A DNA stretch of 62,881 bases, counting the filler. It is 8 parts of 8 records of this genome, joined end to end, with 100 filler letters (N's around TTAATTAATTAA, not from the genome) between each part and the next. Parts side by side here need not be neighbours in the genome. Positions count along the whole stretch, not along the records: positions 19,477 to 24,585 come from DRR723986_14524; positions 24,686 to 35,034 come from DRR723986_14549; 6 more parts are not named here. One strand, given 5' to 3'. Under the pieces are notes generated by a model, which saw only the letters and a list, made by a program, of their open reading frames with translations, was not told the origin of the DNA and did not search any database. Positions 19,477 through 30,756 of the stretch are shown here, piece after piece. The number at the start of each line of letters is the position of its first letter. The stretch's first letter is position 1. Position numbers and translations under genes: made by a program.

Positions 19477-22400
19477 CATCCACTTGCCGGGGCTGGGGCC
19501 GTGGATGTAGAGCGCGTGCACCTCGTCCGCCGACAGGGCGCGCGGGTAGACGCGCACGCTCAGCAGCTCGCCGGCGAAGCCCTTGGTGGCCCCGTTGGCG
19601 CCCACCACAAGGTCCTTCATCCCGTTTCCGTTGTGCGACGTGGCCGCCGCCACGGTGGCCAGCCCGTCGTGGTAGAGCACCGCCTCGCCGCGGAAGCTCC
19701 ACACTCCCACGACGTGCACCGCCGCGCCGCTCCCTCCCGCGGCGGCGGGGGCGACGACGACGGGCTCGGTCTCAAAGGCGTGCACCTCGCCCGTGGTCAT
19801 GTCCGGCCGGAGGGTCTGCGGCATCAGGTGCAGGGTGCGGCCCTCGCCCGCGTCGTTCTCGTTGCCCACGAGGTTGACGAAGGGCGCGTTGCTGGCGGTC
19901 TGGACGGCGCTGGGGCGGAACCACAGCTCCACCGACACGTACGGGCGCTGGGCGGGGCTGATGTCGAGCTGCTTGACGGTCACGCGGGACGCCTCGGTGA
20001 ACATGGCCGCGCCGCTCGCCTTGGAGGCCAGCACGTTGGTCACGTCCACCTTGTAGTTGGCGGCGAAGCGCGCGCCGCGGTGGTCGAACCACTGCGCCTT
20101 GCCGTTGGCGCGGGACATGTCCAGCGAGTCGAGCCACACCAGCGCGTCGAGGCGGACGTCGCCGCCGGCGCGGTCGAACGCGGTGTGCGGGCCGACGCAC
20201 TCGTAGTCCACCTCGAGGTACTTGGAGGTGCCCTCGCACGCCGCGCCGCCGTCGTTGCCGAACGCCTGGGGCGAGACGTCGATGGAGCACGCCGAGCGGC
20301 CCTCGCACTCGGCCATGACGTCGTTGAGCGCCGAGCTGTCGCTGCAGCCCACGCGCGACGTGCCCGAGCCCGCCGTGCACACGTCCGTGCGCGAGCGCCC
20401 GTAGAACGCCGACTTGATGTGGATCGAGCGCTGCCTGGCGCACACCAGGGTGAACTGCGCGCCGTCGCACGTGCGCACGCCCGGCTCGTCGTTGTTCTGC
20501 ACCACCACGACGTGGTTGGCGGCGTAGTGGCTCGCCTGGTACAGCGCCAGCACCTCGTCGCGGGACAGGGCGCGGTAGAACACGCGCGCCTGCGCCACCC
20601 AGCCGTCGATGTGCTGCCCGTCGTCGTGCGGGTGCCTGCCAATGTAGAACGCGCCGGCGTCCGTGTCGCGGGCGCTGCTCGCGCGCGACGTGCGCTGCGG
20701 CACGCCGTTGACGAACAGGTACGCGTCGCCGCCCGACTTCCACGTGCCCACGACGTGCACCCACTCGCCCACGGGCGGGAAGCTCCACTTGGACTCGAAC
20801 ACGGCGCCCGCGGGGTCCAGCATCGCCGGCGAGCGCACGAGGTCGCCCGGCCCGAAGCGGTCGTCGTGCAGCAGCAGCGCGCGCCCCGCGTTGCCCATCA
20901 CGAACCCGCGGTTGTTGGCGATCGTGCGCAGCTTCACCCACGCCTCCAGGGTGACGTCGGGGTTGGCCGCCGCGCCGATGGACACGCCCGTGCAGTTGGC
21001 GAACGAGCTGTCGCTCGAGACCCGCATGCCCCCGCGCGGGGCTTGCAGCGCGGCGCTGCCGTGCGCTTGGCACTGCACCGCGTCGCCGTTGGCATCGCCG
21101 TTGGCGTTGGCGTTGGCGTTGGCGGTGCGACGGTCGCCCCACGCGCCGGCCACGCTGATGGTGCGGGCGTCGAGCAGGAGGTCAGTGTGGACGTTGGCGG
21201 CGCTGGGGAGCGCGCGCGCGGTGCAGCCCTGGCGGTAGAGGCGCTCCACGTCGGCGCGCGAGAGGGCAGTGCCGTAGAAGCGCATGGTGGCCACCCAGCC
21301 GTCGAGGAAGCTGTTGCGGAGCAGCTCGTGGCGGCCGATGGTGATGTGGGTGAGCACGTCGCGGTTGTGGGCGTGGGCGGAGGCCAGGAAGGGCTCGCCG
21401 TTCTTGTACAGGAAGGCGTTGCCGCCCTGGTCCCAGGTCGCGACGAGGTGGTGCCACTCGCCCGGCCTGGGGGTCGAGGCGCGCGAGGCGTACAGGCGGC
21501 CGATGCCGATGGCCGCCGACGACGACGCGTTGGTGCCAAAGTCGCGGCTCGAGATCATCACCGACCGGTCGTACGTGCCGCTGTCCGTGGACATGAGCCA
21601 GCTGGAGTTGCCGCCGCCGCGCGAGCTGAGCTTCACCCACGCCTCGAACGAGAACTTGGGGAGCGCGTTGGGGCCGATCTGGAACGCCGAGACGGTGGCG
21701 TACGTCGAGTCGTTGGAGAAGCGCAGCCCGCCCTCCTCGGCGTCAAAGTACACGCCGTCCGACACGGCCACCTGCGCGCCCACGGGGCCCGCGCCCGCGC
21801 CGCGGTGGTCGACCCACGGCTGGTCGTTGGGCGCCGCCGCGGCAAAGTCCTCGGCCTCGAGCCACAGCAGCGCGCTGTGCGCGGCGTCGCGCGACGGCAG
21901 GGGCGAGGGGCGCGAGCGCCCGTCCGCGGTGCGGCCCTCGGCGTACAGGTTGGCCACCACCGCGCGCGGGAGGTCATCCGCACCACCACCGTTGCCGCCG
22001 CTGCCGCTTCCGTGGCGCTTGATGCGCACCTGCGAGACGCATCCGTTGAGGTGGTCGCTGGTTGCGGGGTGGGCGCCGATGAAGATCTCGGGCGAGGGCA
22101 GGCTGGCGGTCGGGACGCCGAGCGGCGCCTCGACGCCGTTGACGAACACGCTGAACTCGCCGCCAAAGCCGTCGAGCACGACGTGCGTCCACTCGCCCGC
22201 GGGGATGGACGGGACGCGGGCGGCCACGCTCGCCGCCATGCCCGGGTGGTGGTCCGCCGCGCCCTCGGCCCACGAGTGGAGGAACAGGCAGTCGGTCTCG
22301 GACCCGGAGCGCAGCCCGATCAGGCAGCCGCGGTTGCCCGCGCCCTCCGAGTCCAACTTGACCCACACGGACACGGCAAACTCGTCGTCCGCCGCGCCCT

Positions 22401-24563
22401 CGATCTTGACGTGCTGGCCGTGCTGCATGCACACGCCGCCGCGCGAGGCGCTGTAGCGCGCCCCCACCACCACCACGTTGCTCGAGTCGGCGGAGCGGTC
22501 GGGCCACACGATGTTGTTGTTGTTGACGTCGAGGACGGCGTCGGTGGCCTCGAGCCACAGGCCGTCGAACGCGTCGCCGGGCGCGCCGTAGCTGGAGAAG
22601 CCCGGCTTGCACCGCGCCAGGCAGCTCTCGCCCTCCAGCTTGCCCAGGCAGTCGGAAAAGTCGATGCCGACGCCGTGCGTGGGCACGGGGCAAGTGCGGT
22701 CGAGGCAGGTGGGCACGGTGCCGGAGAAGGTGCCGTCGGGGGTGCAGGTGAGCGGGACGTGGCTGGTCTGGGAGAACACCATCAGGCGCGAGACCTTGCC
22801 CTCGAGCACCTCGTGGTCGACGTTGTGGCAGCCGCCCAGCGCCGTGACCATGAAGCCGTTGGCGTCCGTCTGCGTGACGGCAAAGTTCTTCTCCGCCGAG
22901 GCCTCCTCCAGCTCGCTGACGAAGATCTTGGCCTCGCCCGCGTGGTAGGTGATCTTCACCGAGTAGAACACGTCGCGCGCGAACTTGCAGGCGGTCAGCA
23001 GCGGCGGGTCGCAGGCCGTGTCGCACTGCGTGCCAAAGCCGATGGCGAACTTGGCGCCCGTCGCGCCGTCGTCGCCGCAGTTCTCGGACGTGGCGAACGC
23101 GTACAAGCCGCTGCCGCAGCACGTGTGCTTGGAGCCGCCCACCGTGAAAAAGTCCATCTTGCCGCGCGACGTGCCGGACACCAGCGCGTCGAACGTGATG
23201 GTCACGGGCGACGCGAGGGGGAACTTGTGCGCGTAGCCCAGCGGGCGGCGCGTGGTGGCCAGCGTCTCCTTGGACTCGAACGCGATGTCCAGGCTCGGGC
23301 TCTTGTCGTGGCACGTGGCGTTGCACTTTTGGCCCGCCACCTTGCCCGCGCACCGCGAAAAGTCCACGGGCAGCGGCAGGCGCGGCACGGGGCACTGGTC
23401 GTCGACGCAAGGGTTGGCGCCGGCGAAGCGCCCGGAGGGGTCGCAGGTCAGGGTGGCCCCGTCGTTGTCGCCCCACACCTTGACGTACTGCACGTTGGCG
23501 GCGACGTACGGGTCCGCCGAGGCGTGGCACAGGGCCAGGTACGACACGAGGTAGCCCTTGGCGGCGTCGGTCTGCGCGAACGCCAGCGCCTTGGGCTGCC
23601 TGGCCGCCTCCACGCCGTTGACGAAGATGGCGGTCCGGTCCGCGCCGAGGCTGACGCGCACCTCGTACCGCTCGCCAGGCTGGAACGCGCACTGCGTCGT
23701 CAGCGGAGCGTCGTCGCCGCTGCTGCCGCTCACGCCGCTGTGGCCAAACCCGAACGCGAACGCTCCCGTGCCCGCGGGGCACCCGTGCGCGGCGTCCGAC
23801 ACGGTGAACAGCTGCAGCGCCTGCGAGCCGCACGCGTCCTCGGCGCCGCCGATGGTGAGCAGCCCGGACTTTGCCCACGACGACGTCCGCGCGGTGGTGA
23901 GCTTGACGAGCATGGCGACGTTGGTGGACGACGCGGCCGTGGGCAGGCGCGAGATGAACGAGTGCTTGAGCTGCTGGCGCGTGGTGGTGGTGGCATAGTC
24001 GTACACCACGTCGGGCGTCTCCCTGTGCGGGGCGCAGGTCGCGCGGCAGGTCTGGCTCGTGCGCGTGCCGGCGCAGGCGGTCCAGTCGGTGCCCGGGCGC
24101 GCGGGCGGCTTGCACTGGTTGGCCGTGCACACGGGAAACTCGCCCGCGAACGAGCCGTCGGGCGAGCACTCGAACGAGCGCTCGCACAGCACGGCGGTGA
24201 CCTCGTCGAACCCGACGGGGGTGAGCTTGCCGTTGCTCAGCGCGATCAGCTTCTTGGTGGTGTGCTGCCACGCCACGTCGCCCTCCAGCGAGCTGGTGGG
24301 GTCGCTGTTGGCCGCCGCGAGGCGGTCCGTCACGCTCGACGCAAGGTCCTCCAGGTCGAGGAACTTGCCCGTGCCGTACTTGGAGTAGCCGATCGGCACG
24401 TTGGAGCGCACGCGCGCGCTGTTCTTGAGGAACCCGACCACGCGCTCGAGCTTGTCCTGGCTGCGGATCGACAGCAGCGACATGCCGTGGAACTTGCCGC
24501 AGAACCGCTGCAGGTCCTCGATGGTCGACAGCTTCTGGTCCGTCGTCTTGGCAACCACCATGT
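19477..24563 (-). CDS. Exon of a giant, probably eukaryotic extracellular mosaic protein (C-type-lectin-like, Sushi-like, multiple LamG/ConA-like, SUEL lectin); partial at both ends
   Basis: About 1690 open codons with G/C third positions; repeated EAWVK...W.H.V.TW...LY.NG...IG..DGWVA..R.Y..ALS LamG units; SUEL motif SAFYGR...CEGRSAC...CEGTSKYLEVDYEC near 20195-20480; TGCAG splice-acceptor-like sequence at 24564-24568. Confidence 0.85.
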
Positions 24564-24585
24564 CTGCATTTCAAGGGCAACCGGT

Positions 24586-24685
24586 NNNNNNNNNNNNNNN
24601 NNNNNNNNNNNNNNNNNNNNNNNNNNNNNTTAATTAATTAANNNNNNNNNNNNNNNNNNNNNNNNNNNNNNNNNNNNNNNNNNNN
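24586..24685. other. Artificial contig linker
   Basis: N44-TTAATTAATTAA-N44. Confidence 0.99.
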
Positions 24686-25028
24686 TGCCGCCCTTCACCG
24701 TGGCATCGTTGCAGATGATCATGCACTCATGCCCCATCACCTGCCCGATACCCGCCACAACCCCGGCGCAGGGCGCGGCATCGTCATACATGCCATGCGC
24801 GGCTGTGGCGCCCAGCTCTAGAAACGGGCTGCCGGGATCGAGCAGGTTCGCCACGCGCTCGCGCGGCAGCATTTTCCCGCGCGAGATATGCCGTTCACGC
24901 GCGCGCGAACCGCCGCCTTCGGCGGCACGGGCCGCAGCCTGGGCCACCTGATCGAGCGCGGCCAGATGGCCCGCCCGGTTGGCCTGAAAACTTTCCGAAC
25001 TGGGAATGGCTTTCGATGTCAGTTTCAT
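24686..25028 (-). CDS. liuB: Methylcrotonyl-CoA carboxylase beta (carboxyltransferase) subunit, N-terminal fragment
   Basis: MKLTSK...[26 protein letters not shown]...[12 protein letters not shown] overlap with the upstream gene. Confidence 0.9.
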
Positions 25029-26584
25029 GCGATCTCCTGCGCCGCGCGGGCCTTTAGCTCTTTGCGGATCACCTTGCCCGTTACGGTCATGGGCAAGGCA
25101 TCTAAAAATGATATTTCTCTTGGGTATGAATAGCTTGCCAGCCGCTCTTTCACATAGGCCTGCAGCTCGGCGGCCAGGTCGGGGCTGGGGGAGGCGCCCG
25201 GTTTCAACACCACATAGGCCTTCACAATTTCGGTGCGCAACGGGCATGGTTTGCCCACCACCCCCACCGTGGCCACGCCGGGGTGGGTCAACAGGCAATC
25301 TTCGATCTCGGCCGGGCCAATGCGATAGCCCGCGCTGGTGATCACGTCATCTTCGCGCCCGACAAAGCAGATGAACCCATCGCGGGCCACACCGCGATCG
25401 CCGGTCAACATCCACTCGCCACGAAACTTTTCCGCCGTGGCCTCGGGGCGGTTCCAATAGCCAAGCATCATGCTGGCCGAGCCGCGCTTGACCGCGATAT
25501 CGCCCTCGGCCTCGGTGGGCAGGCCCGCCGCATCGATCACCGCCACATCATGGCCCGGCACCGCACGCCCCGTGGCGCCCGGGCGCGGGGCAAACATCGC
25601 CCCACAGGCGCTCAGCACCATGTTGCATTCGGTCTGGCCATAGAATTCATTGATCACTAACCCAAAGGCATCGCGCCCCCAGGCCAGCATTTCCGCGCCC
25701 AGCGGCTCGCCGCCGCTGGCAACCGAGCGCAGGCCGGAAATACTGCAATCGGCCGCGCGCAACATACGCAGTGCAGTGGGCGGAAAAAACACGTTGCGCA
25801 CCCCGGCGCGCTGGCAAATCGCCTGCGCGCCTTGGGGGGTAAATTTGGCCATGCGCGCCGCAACCACCGGCACGCCCAGCGCCAGCCCCGGCATCAGCAC
25901 GTCAAACAAGCCGCCAATCCAGGCCCAATCGGCGGGTGTCCACAGGCAATCGCCCGGCTGGCCCAGAAAATCGTGGCTGGCCTCGACCCCGGGCAAATGG
26001 CCCGTCAGCACCCGATGCCCATGCAGCGCCCCCTTGGCGCTGCCCGTTGTGCCACTGGTGTAGATCAGCACCGCCGGATCATCGGGGCCTGTGGGGTGGG
26101 CCTGAAACGGCCCCGCCTGCGTGGGCAGATCGCCTAATTGCAGCGGGCGCACCGCCACCCCCGCCAGCATCACCGCGCCCTCGTCATCGGTGATGACATG
26201 CGCCGCCCCACTATCGGCCAGGCGGCTGGCCAGCGCATCGTGGCGAAAGAGTTTGAACAACGGCACTGAAATCGCGCCCATGCGCCAAATGGCGATATGC
26301 GCCGCCGCCGTCAAAAACGATTGCGACAGCAGCACGCCCACCCTGTCGCCCGGGGCCACGCCGCGTGCCAACAGCCCCGCCTGCACCCGCCACGACAGCG
26401 CCTGCAGCCCGGCATAATCTAGCCGCTGCAGCGCCGCGCCCGTGGCATCGATCAAGGCCACTTGCCCCGGCGCCTGGGCCGCCCAAGTATCGCAGGCCTG
26501 CACCGCCATGTTCAGCACAGGCGGCAGGCCCCAGTGAAACCGGGCGCGCATATCTTCCCATGTTTGGGCCGGGCGCAACATCAT
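25025..26584 (-). CDS. AMP-binding acyl-CoA synthetase
   Basis: [32 protein letters not shown] motifs. Confidence 0.93.
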   Translation of the reverse strand: MMLRPAQTWEDMRARFHWGLPPVLNMAVQACDTWAAQAPGQVALIDATGAALQRLDYAGLQALSWRVQAGLLARGVAPGDRVGVLLSQSFLTAAAHIAIWRMGAISVPLFKLFRHDALASRLADSGAAHVITDDEGAVMLAGVAVRPLQLGDLPTQAGPFQAHPTGPDDPAVLIYTSGTTGSAKGALHGHRVLTGHLPGVEASHDFLGQPGDCLWTPADWAWIGGLFDVLMPGLALGVPVVAARMAKFTPQGAQAICQRAGVRNVFFPPTALRMLRAADCSISGLRSVASGGEPLGAEMLAWGRDAFGLVINEFYGQTECNMVLSACGAMFAPRPGATGRAVPGHDVAVIDAAGLPTEAEGDIAVKRGSASMMLGYWNRPEATAEKFRGEWMLTGDRGVARDGFICFVGREDDVITSAGYRIGPAEIEDCLLTHPGVATVGVVGKPCPLRTEIVKAYVVLKPGASPSPDLAAELQAYVKERLASYSYPREISFLDALPMTVTGKVIRKELKARAAQEIA

Positions 26585-26634
26585 CTGTTTTCCTGTGCTA
26601 TCCTCACCCGATCAGGAGTGGCTTGCGCCCCGGA

Positions 26635-27798
26635 TCATGCCATCGAGGCCATCATTTCGCGGCCAATCAGCATGCGCCGAATTTCCGATGTGCCCGCACC
26701 GATTTCCATCAATTTGGCATCGCGGAAAATGCGCCCCACCGGGTTGTCTGACAAATAGCCTGCCCCGCCAAAGGCTTGCACCGCCTGATGCGCCACCCAC
26801 ATGGCCTCTTCGCTGGCATAAAGCACGCAAGCCGCTGCATCTTGGCGGGTCACATCGCCGCGATCACAGGCCTTGGCCACCTCGTAGACATAGGCGCGGG
26901 CCGAATTCATTTTGGTATACATATCTGCCAGCTTGCCCTGCATCAGCTGGAAATTACCAATCGGTTGGCCGAATTGGCGGCGCTCGGCCATATAGGGCAT
27001 GACCTCGTCCAGGCAGGCGGCCATGATGCCGGTGCCGATGCCCGACAGCACAACGCGCTCGTAATCAAGCCCCGACATCAGCACGCGCACGCCCTTGCCC
27101 TCTTCGCCCAGCACGTTTTCAAAAGGCACTTCGCAATTTTCAAAAATCAGCTCGGCCGTGTTCGAGCCACGCATGCCCAGCTTGTCGAAATGTTTCGATG
27201 TGGAAAACCCCGCCATGGTTTTTTCAACGATAAAGGCGGTGATCCCCTTGCTACCGGCATCTGGGTCGGTTTTGGCATAAACCACCAGCGTGTCAGCATC
27301 GGGGCCATTGGTGATCCAGTATTTCGCGCCGTTCAGCACGTAATAGCCATTGCGCTTTTCGGCGCGCAGCTGCATCGACACCACATCCGAGCCGGCCGAG
27401 GGCTCGGACATGGCCAGCGCCCCCACATGCGCGCCCGATACCAGATCGGGCAGGTATTTTTGCTTTTGTGCCTCGGTGCCATTCAGCTTGATCTGGTTGA
27501 CACACAGGTTGGAATGGGCCCCATAAGACAGGCTGACCGAGGCCGAGGCGCGTGCAATTTCTTCCACCGCGACTGTATGCGCCAGATACGACATGCCCGC
27601 ACCGCCAAATTCCTCGGGCACGGTGATGCCCAACAGGCCCAAATCGCCCATTTCGCGCCACAGCTCGGGCGGAAAGGCATTGCTGCGATCAATCTCGGCC
27701 GCCATCGGCTTGACCCGCTCTTGCGCCCAGCGGTGCACGGTATCGCGCAGGGCGTTCACGTCTTCGCCCAAATCAAAAGTCATCGTTGCGTTAAACAT
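26635..27798 (-). CDS. ivd: Isovaleryl-CoA dehydrogenase
   Basis: [48 protein letters not shown]; liu context. Confidence 0.96.
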   Translation of the reverse strand: MFNATMTFDLGEDVNALRDTVHRWAQERVKPMAAEIDRSNAFPPELWREMGDLGLLGITVPEEFGGAGMSYLAHTVAVEEIARASASVSLSYGAHSNLCVNQIKLNGTEAQKQKYLPDLVSGAHVGALAMSEPSAGSDVVSMQLRAEKRNGYYVLNGAKYWITNGPDADTLVVYAKTDPDAGSKGITAFIVEKTMAGFSTSKHFDKLGMRGSNTAELIFENCEVPFENVLGEEGKGVRVLMSGLDYERVVLSGIGTGIMAACLDEVMPYMAERRQFGQPIGNFQLMQGKLADMYTKMNSARAYVYEVAKACDRGDVTRQDAAACVLYASEEAMWVAHQAVQAFGGAGYLSDNPVGRIFRDAKLMEIGAGTSEIRRMLIGREMMASMA

Positions 27799-27821
27799 GG
27801 GGTCTCTCCGCCGGTGTGATC

Positions 27822-27855
27822 TGCATTTTATTGAACGGTTGTTCATTAAAATGCA
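27822..27855. promoter_or_regulatory. Palindromic operator in the ivd promoter
   Basis: TGCATTTTATTGAAC-GGTT-GTTCATTAAAATGCA (14 of 15 complementary); TTGACG -35-like hexamer at 27870-27875 on the minus strand. Confidence 0.7.
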
Positions 27856-27913
27856 CAGATCCCACCACGCGTCAAGCCCAAGCCGCAGCCTGCGCGCGCG
27901 AATACGGCCTAGC

Positions 27914-29329
27914 CTAGATACGATACGCCAGCCGCAAGCCCCCCCAATGGCGCCCGCCGACGTAAATCGGGGCAGACAGATCTTTCATCAAAATATGCTG
28001 CCCATTGCCCATATCGCGGCGATAGGCCTGCATCAGGAAGGGGCGCGTGCTGCGCCCGGCGGCCAGGCCAACACGGTCGTTAAAGATGCGCCGGTTTCGG
28101 CAATTGGCCGCGTTCCAGCCCGGGTCGGCGGGGTTTTGGGGCAGGCTGAATTTGGCGTTATGCGTGGGCAAAAAGCCGTTTTCATCAACCGCTGCACAAA
28201 ACACCACGGTGTCGGCAAGTTTCAACATCGGCTCTTGGAAATTTGGCAAGATACGATCGGTGAAGGCCACAAAGCGGGTCATCATCTGCTGGGGGTTGGT
28301 GCCGGGGATGGGCACGTAACTGCGATCGAAAAGATCGGCCAAGCTGATTTCGCCGGCCGCCACCGCCGCATCAAAGCGCGCAGAAATATCTGCCGCAGCC
28401 TGGCACACCGCATTGATAAAGGGCGTATCCACCGTTTCCACCCCCAGGCGGGCGGTCATGCCGGTTAGCGCCTCGCTGGCATCGATGATCGTCAGCATCG
28501 CATCGCGGGCCGAGCCCAGGTTATCGGCCGAATTGGCCACACCATCGGATAGATCGGCAATATCGGTTTGCACGGTTTCCAGCATTTGGGTGATGTCTGT
28601 GCTCATGCTGGCGATGTTGCGCTGGTTGTTTGACACCGCCTCGAAACCACGCGGCATTTCCTGCACCAATTCGCCAATGCCATCGGTGCGCGCCCGAATT
28701 TGGCCCGCTTGCAGCACGGCATCGCTGGCCTGTTCGATCAGCCCGTGCAGCTCCTGCGACAGATCATGCACCGTTTGGCCAATTTCAGCCGTGGCATTGC
28801 CCGCCATTTCCGAGAGGTTTTTCACCTCGCGCGCCACCACCATAAAGCCGCGCCCCTGTGCGCCGGCACGCGCCGCCTCGATCGCGGCATTCAGCGCCAA
28901 AAGGTTGGTTTGGCGCGAAATCACGCCGACCTCTTTGGTCACTTTCCCAACGCGCTGCAACGTGGCCTCTAACCCCGAAAGCTGCGTGCCCAGCGCTGTT
29001 ACCAAATCGGCCAGCCGCGTGACCTCGGCCACCATATCGGTGACATTGCCGCTGGTTTCCGTGGCTTTTTGCGAAAAGGTTTCCGCCCGCTCTAGCGCTT
29101 GCTGGGCTGCCTCGTGCACCGCCAAGGCGCGTTTGGCCATGTCATGTGAGCTGCCCGCCACCTGTTTCAGCACCACGCTTTGGCGCTGCACATTGGTCGA
29201 TGTGTCGTCGATATCACCCCAAACACCGCCAATGGCAACGCTGAGTTTTCCGATACGTCGGGCAATTTCGCTGATAGCGGCATCGCGATCGGCATCAGTA
29301 CTGGCGGCTGTTTTTGCTGTTGTTGTCAC
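27914..29329 (-). CDS. Soluble methyl-accepting chemotaxis protein with C-terminal domain
   Basis: [36 protein letters not shown] signalling hairpin; no TM helix; C-terminal [10 protein letters not shown]...YRRDMG...HWGGLRLAY. Confidence 0.92.
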   Translation of the reverse strand: MTTTAKTAASTDADRDAAISEIARRIGKLSVAIGGVWGDIDDTSTNVQRQSVVLKQVAGSSHDMAKRALAVHEAAQQALERAETFSQKATETSGNVTDMVAEVTRLADLVTALGTQLSGLEATLQRVGKVTKEVGVISRQTNLLALNAAIEAARAGAQGRGFMVVAREVKNLSEMAGNATAEIGQTVHDLSQELHGLIEQASDAVLQAGQIRARTDGIGELVQEMPRGFEAVSNNQRNIASMSTDITQMLETVQTDIADLSDGVANSADNLGSARDAMLTIIDASEALTGMTARLGVETVDTPFINAVCQAAADISARFDAAVAAGEISLADLFDRSYVPIPGTNPQQMMTRFVAFTDRILPNFQEPMLKLADTVVFCAAVDENGFLPTHNAKFSLPQNPADPGWNAANCRNRRIFNDRVGLAAGRSTRPFLMQAYRRDMGNGQHILMKDLSAPIYVGGRHWGGLRLAYRI

Positions 29330-29405
29330 TGGCTACCCCAAAGTTTGGCCGCCCGGCACCGGGCGCGTTCACTGGGGCTTTAAGCAAGGGCCGTGCCAAC
29401 CGGCT

Positions 29406-30611
29406 TTAGAAGGCTTGAAAAACCGCCCCCACCTCGGCGCGGATGATCCGCGCAATTTTTTCGCAATCGGCAATCGAAAAGGTCAGCGGCAATCGCATGT
29501 CAATGATGCCTGCCAAAATGCGGTCGCTTTCGGGCATGGGGGCGCTGGGGGCATAGCGCCAGCTGTCGTAGCGGCTGGTAAAGCCGGTGGGCTGGGCGCT
29601 GCCAAACCATTTCAGCTCGACCCCGCGGCGCGCACAGCGCGCCAGCACCGCCTGCACCTGTTCGGCCGGCCAGTCGGGCAGCAAAAATTGGATCGATGAG
29701 CCGACAAAGCTTTCTTCGGGGGGGCGGGCAATCAGCTGCAGGCCGGGGGTGCCGGCCAGCCCCTGCTCGACCGCGCGATAGCGCGCGTTCCAGCGCGCGC
29801 ATTGCGTTTCAAGCTGGGCCAGCTGCGGGCGCAAAATGGCGGCGCGCAGATGATCCATACGCCCAGAGACATTGGGCGTTGTGTAGCGAATATCGCTAAA
29901 TTCTGCCGGGTCTGGCGCAGCCAGGTGGCGATCATACAGCATATACGAGCCCGACAGCATGATCGCGCGCGCCATCACCGAAGGGTCATTGCTGATCAGC
30001 AGCCCCCCCTCGCCCGAATTCATGTGCTTATAGGTTTGGGTGGAATAGCACCCCACCAGCCCATCCGTGCCCGACAAGCGCCCGCGCCAGCGCGCCCCCA
30101 TCGTATGGGCACAATCCTCGATCACCTGCACGCCAGCTTGGGTGCAAATCTGCATCAAGCGGTCCATATCGGCCAGATGCCCGCGCATGTGGCTTAGCAT
30201 CAGCACTTTGGCCTGCCCGATCTTGGCCTCTAGATCGGCCAGATCAATTGTCAGCTGTTCGGTGACACCCACAAAAACCGGCACCGCCCCCACGCTGGCA
30301 ATGGCACCGGGCACAGGCGCCAGGGTAAAGGCATTGGTCAGCACCCGATCGCCCGGCTGCACCCCAATGGCGCGCAGCGCACAGGCCAGCGCATAGCCGC
30401 CCGATGCCACCGCAAGGCAAAAGCGCACCCCCATGGCCGCGGCAAATTCCTGCTCGAGCAGCGCCACCTCGCCCGGCTCGTCACCCAATACGTTATAGCG
30501 GTGCAACCGGCCCGAGCGCATCACCCGCAGCGCCGCCTCGATCCCCGCTTCGGGAACAGGCTCTTGCTGGGTGAAGCTGCCGGTGAAAATCTCGTCTTGT
30601 GGCTGTGTCAT
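29406..30611 (-). CDS. DegT/DnrJ/EryC1/StrS family PLP aminotransferase
   Basis: VIEDCAHTMG and STQTYKHMNSGEGG (PLP lysine). Start moved to ATG 30611. Confidence 0.9.
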   Translation of the reverse strand: MTQPQDEIFTGSFTQQEPVPEAGIEAALRVMRSGRLHRYNVLGDEPGEVALLEQEFAAAMGVRFCLAVASGGYALACALRAIGVQPGDRVLTNAFTLAPVPGAIASVGAVPVFVGVTEQLTIDLADLEAKIGQAKVLMLSHMRGHLADMDRLMQICTQAGVQVIEDCAHTMGARWRGRLSGTDGLVGCYSTQTYKHMNSGEGGLLISNDPSVMARAIMLSGSYMLYDRHLAAPDPAEFSDIRYTTPNVSGRMDHLRAAILRPQLAQLETQCARWNARYRAVEQGLAGTPGLQLIARPPEESFVGSSIQFLLPDWPAEQVQAVLARCARRGVELKWFGSAQPTGFTSRYDSWRYAPSAPMPESDRILAGIIDMRLPLTFSIADCEKIARIIRAEVGAVFQAF

Positions 30612-30756
30612 AGCACAGATGTGCGCCAGCGCGGCGGCGCCGTCAACGCCCCGGGGCGACATTTCAGATGTCGCGAAAACACGGTTTTGCTTTTCTAAAG
30701 GGGGCAAGGCTGGGGGCAACCAGGCCCATGGGCAAATTCGGCAAAAGGAGCCATGC

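Noticed and set aside
21100..21123. (GTTGGC)n microsatellite
   Set aside because: Encodes an ANANAN linker inside the CDS; ordinary low complexity.
19501..24585. 1710-aa plus-strand ORF as a second, overlapping gene
   Set aside because: Codon-aligned antisense shadow of a gene with G/C-ending codons, which removes antisense stops. It has no domains and is rich in R/A/V/G/H.
28413..29699. 428-aa plus-strand ORF and the many similar alternative-frame ORFs in the track
   Set aside because: Shadows of well-supported genes on the other strand or frame in GC-rich DNA, with no motifs.
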